The notes: a model not told the origin generated them from the letters alone. Counted from the first letter of the stretch, positions 1-13,928 are shown. The stretch is DNA of 64,000 nt from Candidatus Dojkabacteria bacterium (GCA_016182915.1 JACPFP010000002.1:230244-294243), one strand, 5' to 3'. Numbers and translations: made by a program.

Positions 1-306
1 TACAGAGGATATAACCTCAAAACCAACCGCAATTAATACAGTTAAAACCCTTAGCCTTAAAGTTAAGTAAACAATGAAGTCAAAAAGAAATTTAAAGGGA
101 TTAGTTTTTCCAACAAGCTGAGAACCAAGTTTAGAAAACCAATGTTGTACCCTCGCAACAAATTTGTGAAAAACAGACCTATCATCATCCGTAAAAACGT
201 CAGTGTCCTGGTAAAGGTTATCCCCTTCCATCTCAAGTGTTTTTGCAAGATTTCTGAAACTAATACCACTCACACTTTGTAACGATTCGTCATCGTTTCT
301 TTTCAT
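1..306 (-). CDS. hypothetical protein, 3'-truncated by window edge. It starts at the ATG at 306 on the minus strand and stays open to position 1.
   Basis: I translated the minus strand from 306 by hand. There is no stop through position 1: MKRNDDESLQSVSGISFRNLAKTLEMEGDNLYQDTD...FLFDFIVYLT. It lies 20 nt downstream of the rho stop. The track ORF 63..269 is in another frame and is fully overlapped. Confidence 0.3.
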   Translation of the reverse strand, partial: MKRNDDESLQSVSGISFRNLAKTLEMEGDNLYQDTDVFTDDDRSVFHKFVARVQHWFSKLGSQLVGKTNPFKFLFDFIVYLTLRLRVLTVLIAVGFEVISSV

Positions 307-326
307 AGTTCCTTATTATACCAGAT

Positions 327-1583
327 TTAGGCCTCGTGCAACTTGGCTAGGAATTCCTCATTGTTTTTCGTCTTCTTCATCTGACTTACAAGGACCTCTG
401 CAGGATTCTCATTTGAGTCCAATAGCTCAAGCATTCTTCTAATTCTCCATGACTGATTTAGAACTTCTTTTGAAAGAAGGTTCTCTTCATTTCTGGTACC
501 TGAACTTACAACGTCAATAGCTGGGTAGATTCTTCTGTTTGCAAGCTTTCTATCTAAATGGAGTTCCATGTTACCTGTACCTTTGAATTCTTCATAAACA
601 AGGTCATCCATCCTACTTCCAGTATCAACAAGTGCAGTTGCAATTATTGTTAGGCTACCACCCTCTTCGAAATTTCGTGCAGCACCAAAGAACTTTTTAG
701 GTGGATATAGTGCAACTGGGTCGAAACCTCCAGAAAGGGTCTTTCCTGAAGTTGGCATAGTAATGTTATAGGCACGCGCAAGACGTGTAATACTATCCAT
801 TAGTATAACAACATCCTCGCCCCACTCTACCATTCTCTTTGCTTTTTCGAGGGCCATTTCAGCAACTCTACAGTTATGCTCAGGGATTTCATCGAAGTTT
901 GAGGCAAATACCTCACCCTTAACGCTTCTTTGCATATCTGTAACCTCTTCAGGTCTCTCACCAACAAGCACAACAATAATCTTTGCTTCTTTATGATTCT
1001 TTGCAATACCATCAGCAATTGATTTCATTAACCATGTTTTTCCTGCTTTTGGAGGAGAAACAATCATAGATCTCTGACCAAAACCAATTGGAGAAAGTAG
1101 ATCGATGATCCTCGTAGATATAACATCAGACTCAGTTTCAAGCTTAATCTGTCTTTCAGGGAATATAGGGGTTAACCTATGAAAGAAAGGTCTAGAAGCT
1201 GCATCCCCTGCTGGTCTACCATAAACGGTATCAACCCTTAAGAGGCTTAAGTACTTCTCCTTATCCTTGGGTAACCTTGCAGGTCCTGTTACAACATCTC
1301 CAGATCTTAAACTAAACTTCTTAATCTGAGATCCAGATATATAGACATCATTCTCACCAGGTAGAACTCCATCGGTTCTTAATACCCCGTGTGAACCGTC
1401 ATTCATAACCTCGAGAATTCCTTCAACAGGAATAAAGCCTTCTTTCTCTGAAGACCTTTTAAGTATTTCAATGATTAAATCACGCTTAGGTAGCTCCATG
1501 AAGTCTTTCATGTCTAACTCTTTGGCGTGAACGCGCAAATCAGCAATTGTCTTGCTCTCTAAAACTTTGATAGTTGATTCCAT
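327..1583 (-). CDS. rho: transcription termination factor Rho
   Basis: 418 aa. N-terminal Rho_N-like region, then an RNA-binding and RecA-like ATPase domain with P-loop PPKAGKT, and the C-terminal conserved motifs typical of Rho. Confidence 0.9.
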   Translation of the reverse strand: MESTIKVLESKTIADLRVHAKELDMKDFMELPKRDLIIEILKRSSEKEGFIPVEGILEVMNDGSHGVLRTDGVLPGENDVYISGSQIKKFSLRSGDVVTGPARLPKDKEKYLSLLRVDTVYGRPAGDAASRPFFHRLTPIFPERQIKLETESDVISTRIIDLLSPIGFGQRSMIVSPPKAGKTWLMKSIADGIAKNHKEAKIIVVLVGERPEEVTDMQRSVKGEVFASNFDEIPEHNCRVAEMALEKAKRMVEWGEDVVILMDSITRLARAYNITMPTSGKTLSGGFDPVALYPPKKFFGAARNFEEGGSLTIIATALVDTGSRMDDLVYEEFKGTGNMELHLDRKLANRRIYPAIDVVSSGTRNEENLLSKEVLNQSWRIRRMLELLDSNENPAEVLVSQMKKTKNNEEFLAKLHEA

Positions 1584-2143
1584 AATAAATAAGGGGAAAA
1601 TTTAAAGAAAATTAAACGAATAATATAGATATTTGGCAAATATAATTAAGTATATGAAAGAGAAATAAATATGTCAAATAGAAAGGGTTGGGATCGGTAC
1701 TGCCCCGACCGACCCCGATCTTTTAGTACTCATATACGAAAAAATCGAAGTGCAAATTCTGCATCCATCCCCTTTTCCGAGGGCCCAGTAAATGGGGATA
1801 CCATAACCAAACCCTGGGAAAAAGGGACATTAAATCAAAGAATTTTCCATTTGCCCAGCAATGTTTCCCATCCCAGACAAAGGGAGAATCCTTTGATATC
1901 CACACCTCATTATTAAACAACTGTACATTATAGCCCATACATAAATAGTATGTCAACCTATAACACTTATACACATCAAGTAGGAGAAGTATACTTAAAT
2001 ATAGAATATGCAATTGCTTACGTCAACGGGTATTTGAGGCCTATATTAAGAACTCCCTTCTAGCGACCTCTCCTTATGTTACGATTATGTTTTACGTATA
2101 ACTATGTTACGTAAGTAGTGGGTAGATGTTGATAAAAAAATAT

Positions 2144-3487
2144 CTAAAGACTCGATATATCTCGAAGAAGCTTAGTCTCCAAGGAAGTTTTCAGCTTTGA
2201 GACTTTTGGCAGTACCACAAGTGAATATCCCAACCTTTTTGACTCTTTTAGTACCATTTCAGCTGCAAAGCCGCCTCTAACCTCACCCGTCAAACCAACC
2301 TCTCCCCAGTAAACTGTATCATTCTTGAGGACCTTTTCGTTCACAGCAGATTTGATTGCAGCGCATACCGCAAGATCAATCGTTGGATTATCAATATTAA
2401 TTCCACCTACAATATTTACAAAGACGTCCTTATCCCCCAAAAATACCTTACCACGCTTTGTAAGTACCGCACACAACATATCTAATCTTGGCTTCTTTAT
2501 ACCATTTGCCACCCTCCTTAATGGACCTGATTCCATACCTCTTTCATTGACTAAGGCCTGCACTTCAACAAAAACGACTCTTGATCCTTGCATAACAGCA
2601 CCAATTGCACTTCCAGACATTCCACCCTCACCTTCAAGAAATAGTTTCGATGAGTTTGCGACTTCACTTAATCCTGTTTCATTCATTTCGAAAACTCCTA
2701 TCTCATTTGTAGAACCAAACCTGTTTTTTATAGACCTTAAAACCCTAAAGGAGTTAAATTCTCCACCTTCAAAGTGTAATACGGTATCAACAACATGTTC
2801 CAGAACTTTTGGTCCTGCGATACTCCCTTCTTTATTTATCTGGCCCACAACAACTATTGGTACACCAGTACTTTTTGCCAATCTTGTAAGGAGGGCTCCA
2901 CAAACCCTAACCTGCCCAATACTACCAGCGGAGCTCCTAACAACCTCTGACTCAAGAGATTGAATTGAATCCACTATAACAAACGAAGGCTCCTGACTGC
3001 TGATCAATTCGGCAATCCCTTCAAGGGAAGTTTCATCTGAGAGAAGGAGATTTTCACTATAGGTAGAATTATTACCCACCCTAGATATCCTAGAGTAAAT
3101 CTGAGATATTGATTCCTCTCCTGATATATATAAAACCTTATTATCAGCAGATACTTTCAATGCAATTTGTAAAAGAATGGTAGATTTACCAATTCCTGGT
3201 TCCCCTGCTACCAATGTAATACTCCCAGGAACCATACCACCTCCCATAACCCTATCAAATTCAACAAATCCCGACGATATCCTCGTCATAGTGGTTTGTT
3301 TCTTCTTGGAAAGATTTGATATGGATATAACATTAGGCGCTCCCCTCTTCTTACCGCTTCCTTTCGAGGTTTTTGAACCGACTTTCTGATCCAAAGCTTC
3401 TGCAAGACTATCCCACTGCCCGCAAGCAGAACACTTTCCCGACCATTTCGGGAACTCACCTCCACAGTTTGTGCAGTAGTAGTTCAT
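2144..3487 (-). CDS. radA: DNA repair protein RadA/Sms
   Basis: N-terminal C4 zinc finger (CTNCGGEF...CSACGQW), Walker A GEPGIGKST, KNRFG motif, and a C-terminal Lon-like domain. Sits immediately downstream of clpC as in Firmicutes. Confidence 0.9.
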   Translation of the reverse strand: MNYYCTNCGGEFPKWSGKCSACGQWDSLAEALDQKVGSKTSKGSGKKRGAPNVISISNLSKKKQTTMTRISSGFVEFDRVMGGGMVPGSITLVAGEPGIGKSTILLQIALKVSADNKVLYISGEESISQIYSRISRVGNNSTYSENLLLSDETSLEGIAELISSQEPSFVIVDSIQSLESEVVRSSAGSIGQVRVCGALLTRLAKSTGVPIVVVGQINKEGSIAGPKVLEHVVDTVLHFEGGEFNSFRVLRSIKNRFGSTNEIGVFEMNETGLSEVANSSKLFLEGEGGMSGSAIGAVMQGSRVVFVEVQALVNERGMESGPLRRVANGIKKPRLDMLCAVLTKRGKVFLGDKDVFVNIVGGINIDNPTIDLAVCAAIKSAVNEKVLKNDTVYWGEVGLTGEVRGGFAAEMVLKESKRLGYSLVVLPKVSKLKTSLETKLLRDISSL

Positions 3488-5985
3488 TAGTTGGAAACTA
3501 TAATTTTGTGATCCTTGAGTGTCAGAGAGAGACTATTAACCTTCCCTTTCACATTACTCTCAGTATCGTGTGAAAGAATATAGTTGGCAATTACGTTCTC
3601 AACTGTATCTTGAATCATCCTTCTTAAAGGCCTTGCCCCATACTCTTCACTAAAGCCCTCACTAACAATAAAGGTCTTCACCTTGCTATCTATGGTAACT
3701 TTAATACCTTGATTCTTCAACCTATCGTTTAACTCGTTAATTAATAGTTCTACAATCTTTGAGGCATCATCCCTCGTTAAGGCTCTGAATATAACAATAT
3801 CATCTAGCCTGTTTATTAATTCAGGTCTTAATGTATCCCTAAGCTCTTTCATCAAGGTTTCTTTCATAGATTCATATGCTTTTTCGAGATTTTCTGTTTC
3901 TACTTTCTCTTCACGGTTTCTAATGAACCCAAGGACCTTATCTTTTCTTATCTCTTCAGCTCCTATATTTGAGGTTAGGATAATCACGGTATTTTTGAAG
4001 TTCACCTTCCTACCTTTTCCATCTGTTAAATGACCATATTCAAGTATCTGTAAAAGGATATTTAATACGTCTGGATGGGCCTTTTCTATCTCGTCAAAGA
4101 GAATTACGGAGTGTGGGTGCTGTCTAATTCTCTCAGTTAACTGACCGCCTTCTCGATATCCGACATAACCAGGAGGAGATCCAATCAGCTTGGAGACACT
4201 ATGCATTTCCATCATCTCGCTCATATCAATCTGCATTAGTCGATCTTCATCGCCGAATAATTCATGGGTCAAAACCTTGGCAAGTTCTGTCTTTCCTACA
4301 CCCGTTGGGCCAAGAAAAAGGAATGATGCCCATGGCCTTCCTTCATCTGAGATTCCAGTTCGTGCTCTTTTTATAGCGCTAGAGACGGCCTCTACCGCCT
4401 CATTCTGACCAACAACCTTTCGATCTAAGCTCTTATTTAAGTTTAAAAGGGAAGACTTCTCGTTACCTCCCAACGTTGAAACTGGTATCCCTGTCCACTT
4501 TGAAACAACGTTTCTAATAGTGTTAACATCCACCTCATAATCATGGCTTTTCTGGCTTTTACTCCTGCTCGCTTCAAGACTTTTTACCTCTTTTTTGATA
4601 GCTAGCTCATCATTTTTCAGTTCAAGAGCCTCATCCATGAGACCACGTTTAATGTAATCTTCTTTCTCATCTTGAATATCCCTAAGCTCACCAAGAAGGG
4701 TGGATATTTGAGAGTACTCCTTCTCTACATCAAGCTTTCTTGTGGCACTCGCCTCATCCAATAGATCAATCGCTTTATCTGGAAGATACCTATCACTTAC
4801 ATATCTATCCGACAGGCGAACAGCTGTCTCAAAAGCTTCCTTGCCAATCCTTACATTGTGATGTTCCTCAAGGATAGGTTTTATCCGTTTTAAAATCCTA
4901 ATTGTATCCTCGACCGACATCTCATCTACCTGTACAACCTGAAATCTGCGAACCAAGGCATTATCTTCCTCCATATATTTTGTATATTCTGACATAGTTG
5001 TAGCTCCAATACACCTGAAATTCCCTCTTGTTAAAGCAGGTTTAAGAATTCCCGCAAGATCGGAAGGCATTCCAGGAATACCTGAATTCAAAACGTTATG
5101 AATCTCATCAATGAAAAGAATTATATCCGGGGAAGCCGTGACCTCCCTGATTACAGCCATCATTTTTTCCTCAACATCTCCTCGCATCTTGCTTCCGGCA
5201 ATGATACTAGAGACATCAAGAAGAATAATTCTGCTATCTCTGAGGGAATTAGTAACATCGCCATTCGCAACTCTCTGAGCTAAAGCTTCTACCAAAGCAG
5301 TCTTTCCAACTCCGGCTTCTCCAACTATTAATGGGTTGTTTTTCTTTCTTCTGGAAAGGATATTTATGATCTTATCCAGTTCCGCATCCCTACCGATAAT
5401 TGGATCAAGTTCCCCATCCTTGGCCTCTTTAACAAGGTCTCTTCCATAGACAGCTAGAGCAGACTGCTCTATATGCATACTCATCCCTTCTGGGTTTGAA
5501 AGTATTCCAGCTGGATATGTAGCGAAGTTTAAAAGGGCCTCTTCAAAGCTCTCATAGTCTAATCCCTGCTTATATATAATCTTCGTATCAGGACTTTTAT
5601 CATCCTTTAAAATTGAGAGAAGGATATGCTCAGTTCCTACATAAACGTGAGACATCTTATTCGCAAGGGCATATGCCCCTCTTATAACTTTATTTGACTC
5701 ACTTGAGAGTGTAATATTTATCTCTGAGAACTTCTCAATACTAAGCCCTGTTACGGCTCCACCAACAATAGATTCGACTATAACATTAACATCAAATCCC
5801 ATCGTCTTTACGGTTCTCGAAGCAAGAGATTTAGAATTCAAGATTAAACCAACAAATATATGTATAGGTTTTACATCTTCCGAACCCATTGATTTAGAAA
5901 TTTCCAGGGCAATTCTCAATGAAGTCTTTGCGTTCTCGCTTAATTTTGAGAGTACAGAAGAATCTTTTTTCTGCATAGGAAACAA
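3487..5985 (-). CDS. clpC: Clp/Hsp100 ATPase, ClpC-like: two AAA+ modules with a short middle domain
   Basis: 832 aa. Clp N-domain repeats, AAA-1 Walker A GEAGVGKT, AAA-2 Walker A GPTGVGKT, a short linker between AAA modules (ClpC-like rather than ClpB-like), and an LGF loop resembling a ClpP-docking motif. Confidence 0.8.
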   Translation of the reverse strand: MFPMQKKDSSVLSKLSENAKTSLRIALEISKSMGSEDVKPIHIFVGLILNSKSLASRTVKTMGFDVNVIVESIVGGAVTGLSIEKFSEINITLSSESNKVIRGAYALANKMSHVYVGTEHILLSILKDDKSPDTKIIYKQGLDYESFEEALLNFATYPAGILSNPEGMSMHIEQSALAVYGRDLVKEAKDGELDPIIGRDAELDKIINILSRRKKNNPLIVGEAGVGKTALVEALAQRVANGDVTNSLRDSRIILLDVSSIIAGSKMRGDVEEKMMAVIREVTASPDIILFIDEIHNVLNSGIPGMPSDLAGILKPALTRGNFRCIGATTMSEYTKYMEEDNALVRRFQVVQVDEMSVEDTIRILKRIKPILEEHHNVRIGKEAFETAVRLSDRYVSDRYLPDKAIDLLDEASATRKLDVEKEYSQISTLLGELRDIQDEKEDYIKRGLMDEALELKNDELAIKKEVKSLEASRSKSQKSHDYEVDVNTIRNVVSKWTGIPVSTLGGNEKSSLLNLNKSLDRKVVGQNEAVEAVSSAIKRARTGISDEGRPWASFLFLGPTGVGKTELAKVLTHELFGDEDRLMQIDMSEMMEMHSVSKLIGSPPGYVGYREGGQLTERIRQHPHSVILFDEIEKAHPDVLNILLQILEYGHLTDGKGRKVNFKNTVIILTSNIGAEEIRKDKVLGFIRNREEKVETENLEKAYESMKETLMKELRDTLRPELINRLDDIVIFRALTRDDASKIVELLINELNDRLKNQGIKVTIDSKVKTFIVSEGFSEEYGARPLRRMIQDTVENVIANYILSHDTESNVKGKVNSLSLTLKDHKIIVSN

Positions 5986-6032
5986 CCAATATAATTAACT
6001 AGGAAATTATATCACGAGAGTTCCCAAGGAGA

Positions 6033-7421
6033 TTACTCCTGTGGGACCTCCTGTGCGATAGCTTCGTTAACAGCAGCTTCCAGCTCTTGCTTAGAGAGTT
6101 TCTTAGAAGCCTTCTTAGTTGTATCTTTCTCTGAAACAGCCTTAAGACTCAATCCTAAGTGTCTTTCAGTTGATGAGATAGAAAGGATCTTAACTTTAAC
6201 CTTATCCCCTTCCTTAACAATATCTGAAGGATCTTTAACAAGTTTATCTGACATCTCTGAGATATGTACAAGACCATTTAATCCATTTCCAACTCTTACA
6301 AATGCTCCATAAGGAACAACTTTCTGAATCTCACCATCAACAATATCACCAAGTTGGTACTTGGAAATTGCCTCTGACCATGGATCTTTCTGAAGTCTCT
6401 TGACACTGTATGCAACTCTCTTTCCACCATCAAATATTCCTATAACCATTACATCAACAAGTGATCCTGGTTGATATAGAACTCCAACATCCTCAACCTT
6501 ATCCCATGACAATTCTGAGAGGTGAACAAGACCTTCAAGGCCTGCAGCATTAACAAAAATTCCAAATGGTGCAATACCACTGACGGTTCCGTGTAACACA
6601 TCTCCCTCTTTAACCTTTCTTAATGTCTCATCTCTCTGCTCAATATCTCTGGCCTGGGTAACCATCTTCTCGGAGAGGATAACTCTGTTCTTCTCTCTGT
6701 CTAACTCAATAATCTTGGCATTAATTGCCTGACCGATTAATGATGTAAGTCTCTTCTGAACTTTAGCTGAAATATCTTTACCAACGGTTCTAACACCACT
6801 TGCATATACTCTAGACGCATCAAGTTGGGATGTTGGGATGAATCCACGAACATCTTTACCTAATTCAACTATAAGGCCACCGTTATTTGATTCCACAACT
6901 GTAGCTTCAACAACATCATTCTTAAGTTTAGCCTCTTCAAGTTTAAGCCAGATTCCAGCCTGCTTAGTTCTTCTAATAGAGAGAACTAACTGACCCTGAT
7001 CATCTTCTGGTTTAACAACATAGACAAGCATTGTATCCCCAACCTTTACAGTTGAAAGATCAAAACCATCTGCTTTCAATTCTCTTCCTGCAACAATACC
7101 CTCTGACTTATATCCGACATCAATAACCAACATTCCAGACCTTACATCCATAACAACACCTTCAACAATATCGCCCTTGGAAAGGTTCTTTAGCTGGTGA
7201 GAACTATCTGTAATGTATGACTCCAATCTAGAGTATAGGGCATCGGAATCTGTAGAGAGTGGTTTTACAGCTTTAGGTGTAACAGGAGCTTTTACTGCCT
7301 TTGGTTTCTCAACCTTAGGTGTGACAACCTTCTTCGTAGTAGTCTTTGTAACTTTCTTAGCTACTTTAGACTTTGTTTTAACTTCTTTTTCCATAACTTT
7401 AATTAATATCTCTACTCCCAC
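6033..7421 (-). CDS. rpsA: 30S ribosomal protein S1, reduced form with about four S1 domains and a Lys-rich N-terminal tail
   Basis: Repeated S1-domain signatures (GxV..V...G.FV....GL.GL.H.SE). The N-terminal ~60 aa are K/T/V-rich and low-complexity. Confidence 0.8.
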   Translation of the reverse strand: MGVEILIKVMEKEVKTKSKVAKKVTKTTTKKVVTPKVEKPKAVKAPVTPKAVKPLSTDSDALYSRLESYITDSSHQLKNLSKGDIVEGVVMDVRSGMLVIDVGYKSEGIVAGRELKADGFDLSTVKVGDTMLVYVVKPEDDQGQLVLSIRRTKQAGIWLKLEEAKLKNDVVEATVVESNNGGLIVELGKDVRGFIPTSQLDASRVYASGVRTVGKDISAKVQKRLTSLIGQAINAKIIELDREKNRVILSEKMVTQARDIEQRDETLRKVKEGDVLHGTVSGIAPFGIFVNAAGLEGLVHLSELSWDKVEDVGVLYQPGSLVDVMVIGIFDGGKRVAYSVKRLQKDPWSEAISKYQLGDIVDGEIQKVVPYGAFVRVGNGLNGLVHISEMSDKLVKDPSDIVKEGDKVKVKILSISSTERHLGLSLKAVSEKDTTKKASKKLSKQELEAAVNEAIAQEVPQE

Positions 7422-7538
7422 GGAAAGAGTTTCAATATATTTATATTCAAATATTATTTACCCGTGCAAAGGCGATTATAGCAGATAAAAAGGCTTCAGG
7501 CTACCCTCAAACAACAGTATCACAATATTATAATCTTC

Positions 7539-8117
7539 CTACCTATTTTCAAGAATAAATTTCAATAGGACTCCTAAACTTCTATCTTCCTTGAAACCAC
7601 CCTTAAGACAGATATCCATAGCTTCATCAAACGTAAACCACTCAACGCGAATATCTTCCCCAACTTCTAATTTCTGCCCATCGTTCAATTCTACATAATC
7701 GGTAGCTATAAAATAGTAGAGATCCCACTCTACTGTAGCTCCATTCTTAGAGGTATGGTAGTGAGTAACGGCTTTAACTTCAATTCCGGCCTCTTGAGCG
7801 GCTTCAGCTTCAACAGCGTCCTTTGCCACAGAGAGAATATCTTTTCCACTATTAAGAAACTCTACGTATTGAGTTAGGGTATCAAATACCTTTCCACCTG
7901 GTAATCTGTAATCCCAATCATTCATCTCTCTTCTAAATTCTTTCGTAAGGAGAATTCTTTTATCCTTTGATAACACAATTAGCCTAGTACCCGGAGACCT
8001 TCTCGCCCACTCAAAAGTAACTTGTTTGTCCCCTATCTTCATATCCTGCTGTACGACCTCCAGAATCTTTCCTTTGTACATAGACTCAATATCTGAGACC
8101 GGTATTGGCTTAGACAT
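7539..8117 (-). CDS. Nudix-family hydrolase-like protein with a degenerate Nudix box
   Basis: LPGGKVF...EAEAAQEAGIEV resembles the Nudix fold and box but carries an insertion. 192 aa, similar in size to ADP-ribose pyrophosphatases. Confidence 0.45.
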   Translation of the reverse strand: MSKPIPVSDIESMYKGKILEVVQQDMKIGDKQVTFEWARRSPGTRLIVLSKDKRILLTKEFRREMNDWDYRLPGGKVFDTLTQYVEFLNSGKDILSVAKDAVEAEAAQEAGIEVKAVTHYHTSKNGATVEWDLYYFIATDYVELNDGQKLEVGEDIRVEWFTFDEAMDICLKGGFKEDRSLGVLLKFILENR

Positions 8118-8156
8118 ATTATTATAACAATAATTTATATACCCCCGTAGGTATAT

Positions 8157-8807
8157 TTATTCCCCTACGGGTAACGTTTTGCAGTAACTACACGTATCTC
8201 TAAATACGCACTTTGTAGAATTCATATTCGCCCTGCAAATATACCTACCATAGAGTACAAAGTACCTATTAATCTTCCACCAATCTACTTTTGGGTAGAT
8301 CTTTTCTAAATCTTTTGCAATTTTATCTGGATCTTTATGTTTTGTTAGTCCTAATCTTTGAGATACTCTAGCTACGTGTGTATCAACTGCAATACCTTCA
8401 TTCTTTATATATAGATCATTTAAGAAAACATTTGCGGTCTTATTCCCTACCCCAGGTAACTTTATGAGTTCCTTTGTTGTAACTGGAACTAGAGAATTAT
8501 ACTCTTCAACAAGTATTCTAGAGAGTTCGATTATATGCTTCGCTTTTGTTTTGAAGTAGTTAACATACCTTATTATATTTTCAACGTCATTTAGGGTGGC
8601 TTTAGACATCAGCAGGGGAGTTGGATATTTCTTAAAAAGAGCAGGTGTAACAGAATTAACTCCTTTATCTGTAGTTTGAGCAGAGAGTACAATACATATT
8701 AGAAATTGAAATGGTGTATCCCAGTTTACCAGCTCGCTTTGAGCATTAGGAAAGAGAGATTCCATTTTGGAGAGGATTATATCTGGTTTCATCCTTAAAT
8801 CTATCAA
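8157..8807 (-). CDS. nth: endonuclease III (DNA glycosylase/AP lyase)
   Basis: HhH-GPD motif (LPGVGNKTANV), catalytic Lys/Asp context, and a C-terminal 4Fe-4S cysteine cluster CRANMNSTKCVFRDTCSYC. Confidence 0.85.
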   Translation of the reverse strand: MIDLRMKPDIILSKMESLFPNAQSELVNWDTPFQFLICIVLSAQTTDKGVNSVTPALFKKYPTPLLMSKATLNDVENIIRYVNYFKTKAKHIIELSRILVEEYNSLVPVTTKELIKLPGVGNKTANVFLNDLYIKNEGIAVDTHVARVSQRLGLTKHKDPDKIAKDLEKIYPKVDWWKINRYFVLYGRYICRANMNSTKCVFRDTCSYCKTLPVGE

Positions 8808-8827
8808 TAAGAATTCTTAATGTCTAA

Positions 8828-10189
8828 CTACTTGTTTTCGTCACCATATAACAATTCCTTTAGTCGTGGGACTAAAGCATCCTTTGAAAATATCTCATCT
8901 CTCTCTGAATCATAGGTGTTAATGGCATCAACATTTGGAAGAACCCCAGCAAGTATCCTGTACATAGTAGCCCTTCTTACGTATATACCAAACTCAGCAT
9001 TATCGAATTCATCATGACCTTCTCGCCCTTCTGTCGCTCTGGCATAGGCAATTGATACAGGAGTATCTATAACTGCTATCTTATATGGGTTAAGAAAAAA
9101 GTCTCGGATAAACTCATCAACTGCCTCACCGAATTTAACTGGACGATCTACATACGCAATATTTGTAAGACTTGATCTGTCCAATACAATGTTTTGAAAT
9201 ATGGTAAAAGGTTCAAATTTAGAATTAAGGTATGTGAAGATACTTCTGATAAAACGATACGCCATGATGGTTAAGTCTCCTTTCAAAGCGCTCTTCCTTG
9301 AGGCATTAAATACTTCCAACTCCAACCCATAATCAATATAATCACTGTATCCTTCAAAAAACTTTTTCATTTTAGGGTCGTTTGGATGAGCAATAGGTAA
9401 TACAACTCTTCCTAATTTATCTAATAAAGATGTTTTTCCAGACCCATCTATCCCACATACAGCACAAAGTGAGTGCTCACCTCTTGGTTGATACTTAGTC
9501 CTATATTCACCACTTCCTGTCGGTTCAAAGTGCTTCCAGGATAATACTTTACTCATCTCATCGTAATGCATTCTTATATTTCCTATTAATGGATCTATAC
9601 CCAGCTTCACTAGTTTTTCTCCTAACTCTTTGTGGAATAAGTTAGTACGGTTATCGTCATCAATTATATAGTCGTACATTTGCTTCGAGAAGTTCCGATA
9701 ATTCAACTTATCATAGTGATTAGGTCCAAAGTGCAACATAGATAGGTGCGCATTAAGGTTTGTACCTATTTGAACCAATAAATCTGCGTCGTCATGGTAT
9801 TGCCTGTTCTCTTCTAATGTTTTCCATATTGAAAACCCAAGAAAAGTATCAACACTCGTTGTAATTTGCTTCTCAAGTGTGAAGTGGTTCTCGTACTTTG
9901 AGTCCTTACTCATGTCAACGCCGAAATAGTTTCTCCACATATCAGTATCTTCAACTACACCAAAATCACCTGTGTGCTCCTTAAGTACAGAAATTACATC
10001 CTCCTGAAAGTTGACATTAAAAGTATTTAGATAATTTAAAAATGCCTCTGCTACGGCTTTGGTTGTGGGGGTGTACGGATCTTCAAATTCCGGCCTCCCT
10101 AATGGTACTCTTCCAAATCCCCACTCACTAGTTTTACCCGTGGTGCAGCGAATAATCGTACTTTCTAAAATGGAAGTCTTAACTGCCAT
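8828..10189 (-). CDS. fusion protein: unknown ~240-aa N-terminal domain plus a C-terminal deoxynucleoside/thymidylate-kinase-like P-loop kinase
   Basis: The C-terminal half has P-loop CGIDGSGKTS, an LDRS (DRx) motif and a lid-region R/E pattern typical of the dNK/dCK/TMPK family. I do not recognise the N-terminal 240 aa. Confidence 0.5.
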   Translation of the reverse strand: MAVKTSILESTIIRCTTGKTSEWGFGRVPLGRPEFEDPYTPTTKAVAEAFLNYLNTFNVNFQEDVISVLKEHTGDFGVVEDTDMWRNYFGVDMSKDSKYENHFTLEKQITTSVDTFLGFSIWKTLEENRQYHDDADLLVQIGTNLNAHLSMLHFGPNHYDKLNYRNFSKQMYDYIIDDDNRTNLFHKELGEKLVKLGIDPLIGNIRMHYDEMSKVLSWKHFEPTGSGEYRTKYQPRGEHSLCAVCGIDGSGKTSLLDKLGRVVLPIAHPNDPKMKKFFEGYSDYIDYGLELEVFNASRKSALKGDLTIMAYRFIRSIFTYLNSKFEPFTIFQNIVLDRSSLTNIAYVDRPVKFGEAVDEFIRDFFLNPYKIAVIDTPVSIAYARATEGREGHDEFDNAEFGIYVRRATMYRILAGVLPNVDAINTYDSERDEIFSKDALVPRLKELLYGDENK

Positions 10190-10344
10190 ATTATTATAAT
10201 TAGCTAAATATTGGCAGTATTTACATACGGATTATACCATTGATAAAGAAAAATCGGCATATGCCAGAGTGGAATATAAACATTCTTAACTCTGGTATAC
10301 CAATAAGTTTAACGATTACAGTTATAAAAGTCTTATACATATTT

Positions 10345-10372
10345 CCAACAAAAACCCACTATTTCTAGTGGG
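10345..10372 (-). terminator. intrinsic terminator at the end of the rRNA operon, downstream of 5S
   Basis: On the minus strand, a 7-bp stem CCCACTA/TAGTGGG with a 4-nt loop is followed by a U-rich tract (TTTTTGTTGG). Confidence 0.55.
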
Positions 10373-10388
10373 TTAGTTTGAATTCTTA

Positions 10389-10508
10389 GTCCTGGCAATG
10401 ACCTATCTTCCCAGGACCTTTCGGTCCAAGTATTTTCGGCGCTGGAGCATTTTACTTCTGAGTTCGGGATGGGGTCAGGTAGTTCCACTCCGCTACAATT
10501 GCCAGGCA
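10389..10508 (-). rRNA. rrf: 5S ribosomal RNA
   Basis: The reverse complement reads TGCCTGGCAATTGTAGCGGAGTGGAAC...CCGAACTCAGAAGT...GCCAGG, matching the 5S consensus. Confidence 0.85.
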
Positions 10509-10637
10509 CAAATAATCCTCAGAATTACTTATGCCTGACAACCTCTATTTCTAGAGACATCAGGACTTAAATTCATAAAGAGCTAGAGAATGCTTACGCA
10601 CTCAAAACTGAATAGAAAATGAATATTTCAAAAAGTT

Positions 10638-13760
<3,123 letters not shown>

Positions 13761-13833
13761 GAAATTGAATTCATTTCTATTCAGTTTTTAATGTGCAAAC
13801 TAATTCTCAGTATTTCTATTTCTAGAAGTACTT

Positions 13834-13909
13834 TGGTGGAGCTGGGTGGACTCGAACCACCTACCTTTTCATTGCAAATGAAATGTTCTACCAGGTGAAC
13901 TACAGCCCC
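13834..13909 (-). tRNA. tRNA-Ala (anticodon UGC), CCA encoded
   Basis: Cloverleaf folded by hand from the reverse complement GGGGCTGTAGTTCACCTGGTAGAAC...TTTGCAA loop...TTCGAGTCC...CTCCACCA. Located in the 16S-23S spacer. Confidence 0.85.
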
Positions 13910-13928
13910 AAAGCAAAATTAGTATTAA

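Noticed and set aside
63-269. Track ORF (68 aa) downstream of rho
   Set aside because: It is fully overlapped in another frame by a longer open frame (1..306) that runs to the window edge and has more protein-like composition.
2325-2963. 212-aa antisense ORF inside radA (and similar antisense ORFs inside clpC, polA, ligase, ftsH, ATPase and giant-protein genes)
   Set aside because: They overlap strongly supported genes on the opposite strand and are low-complexity. These are typical shadow ORFs.
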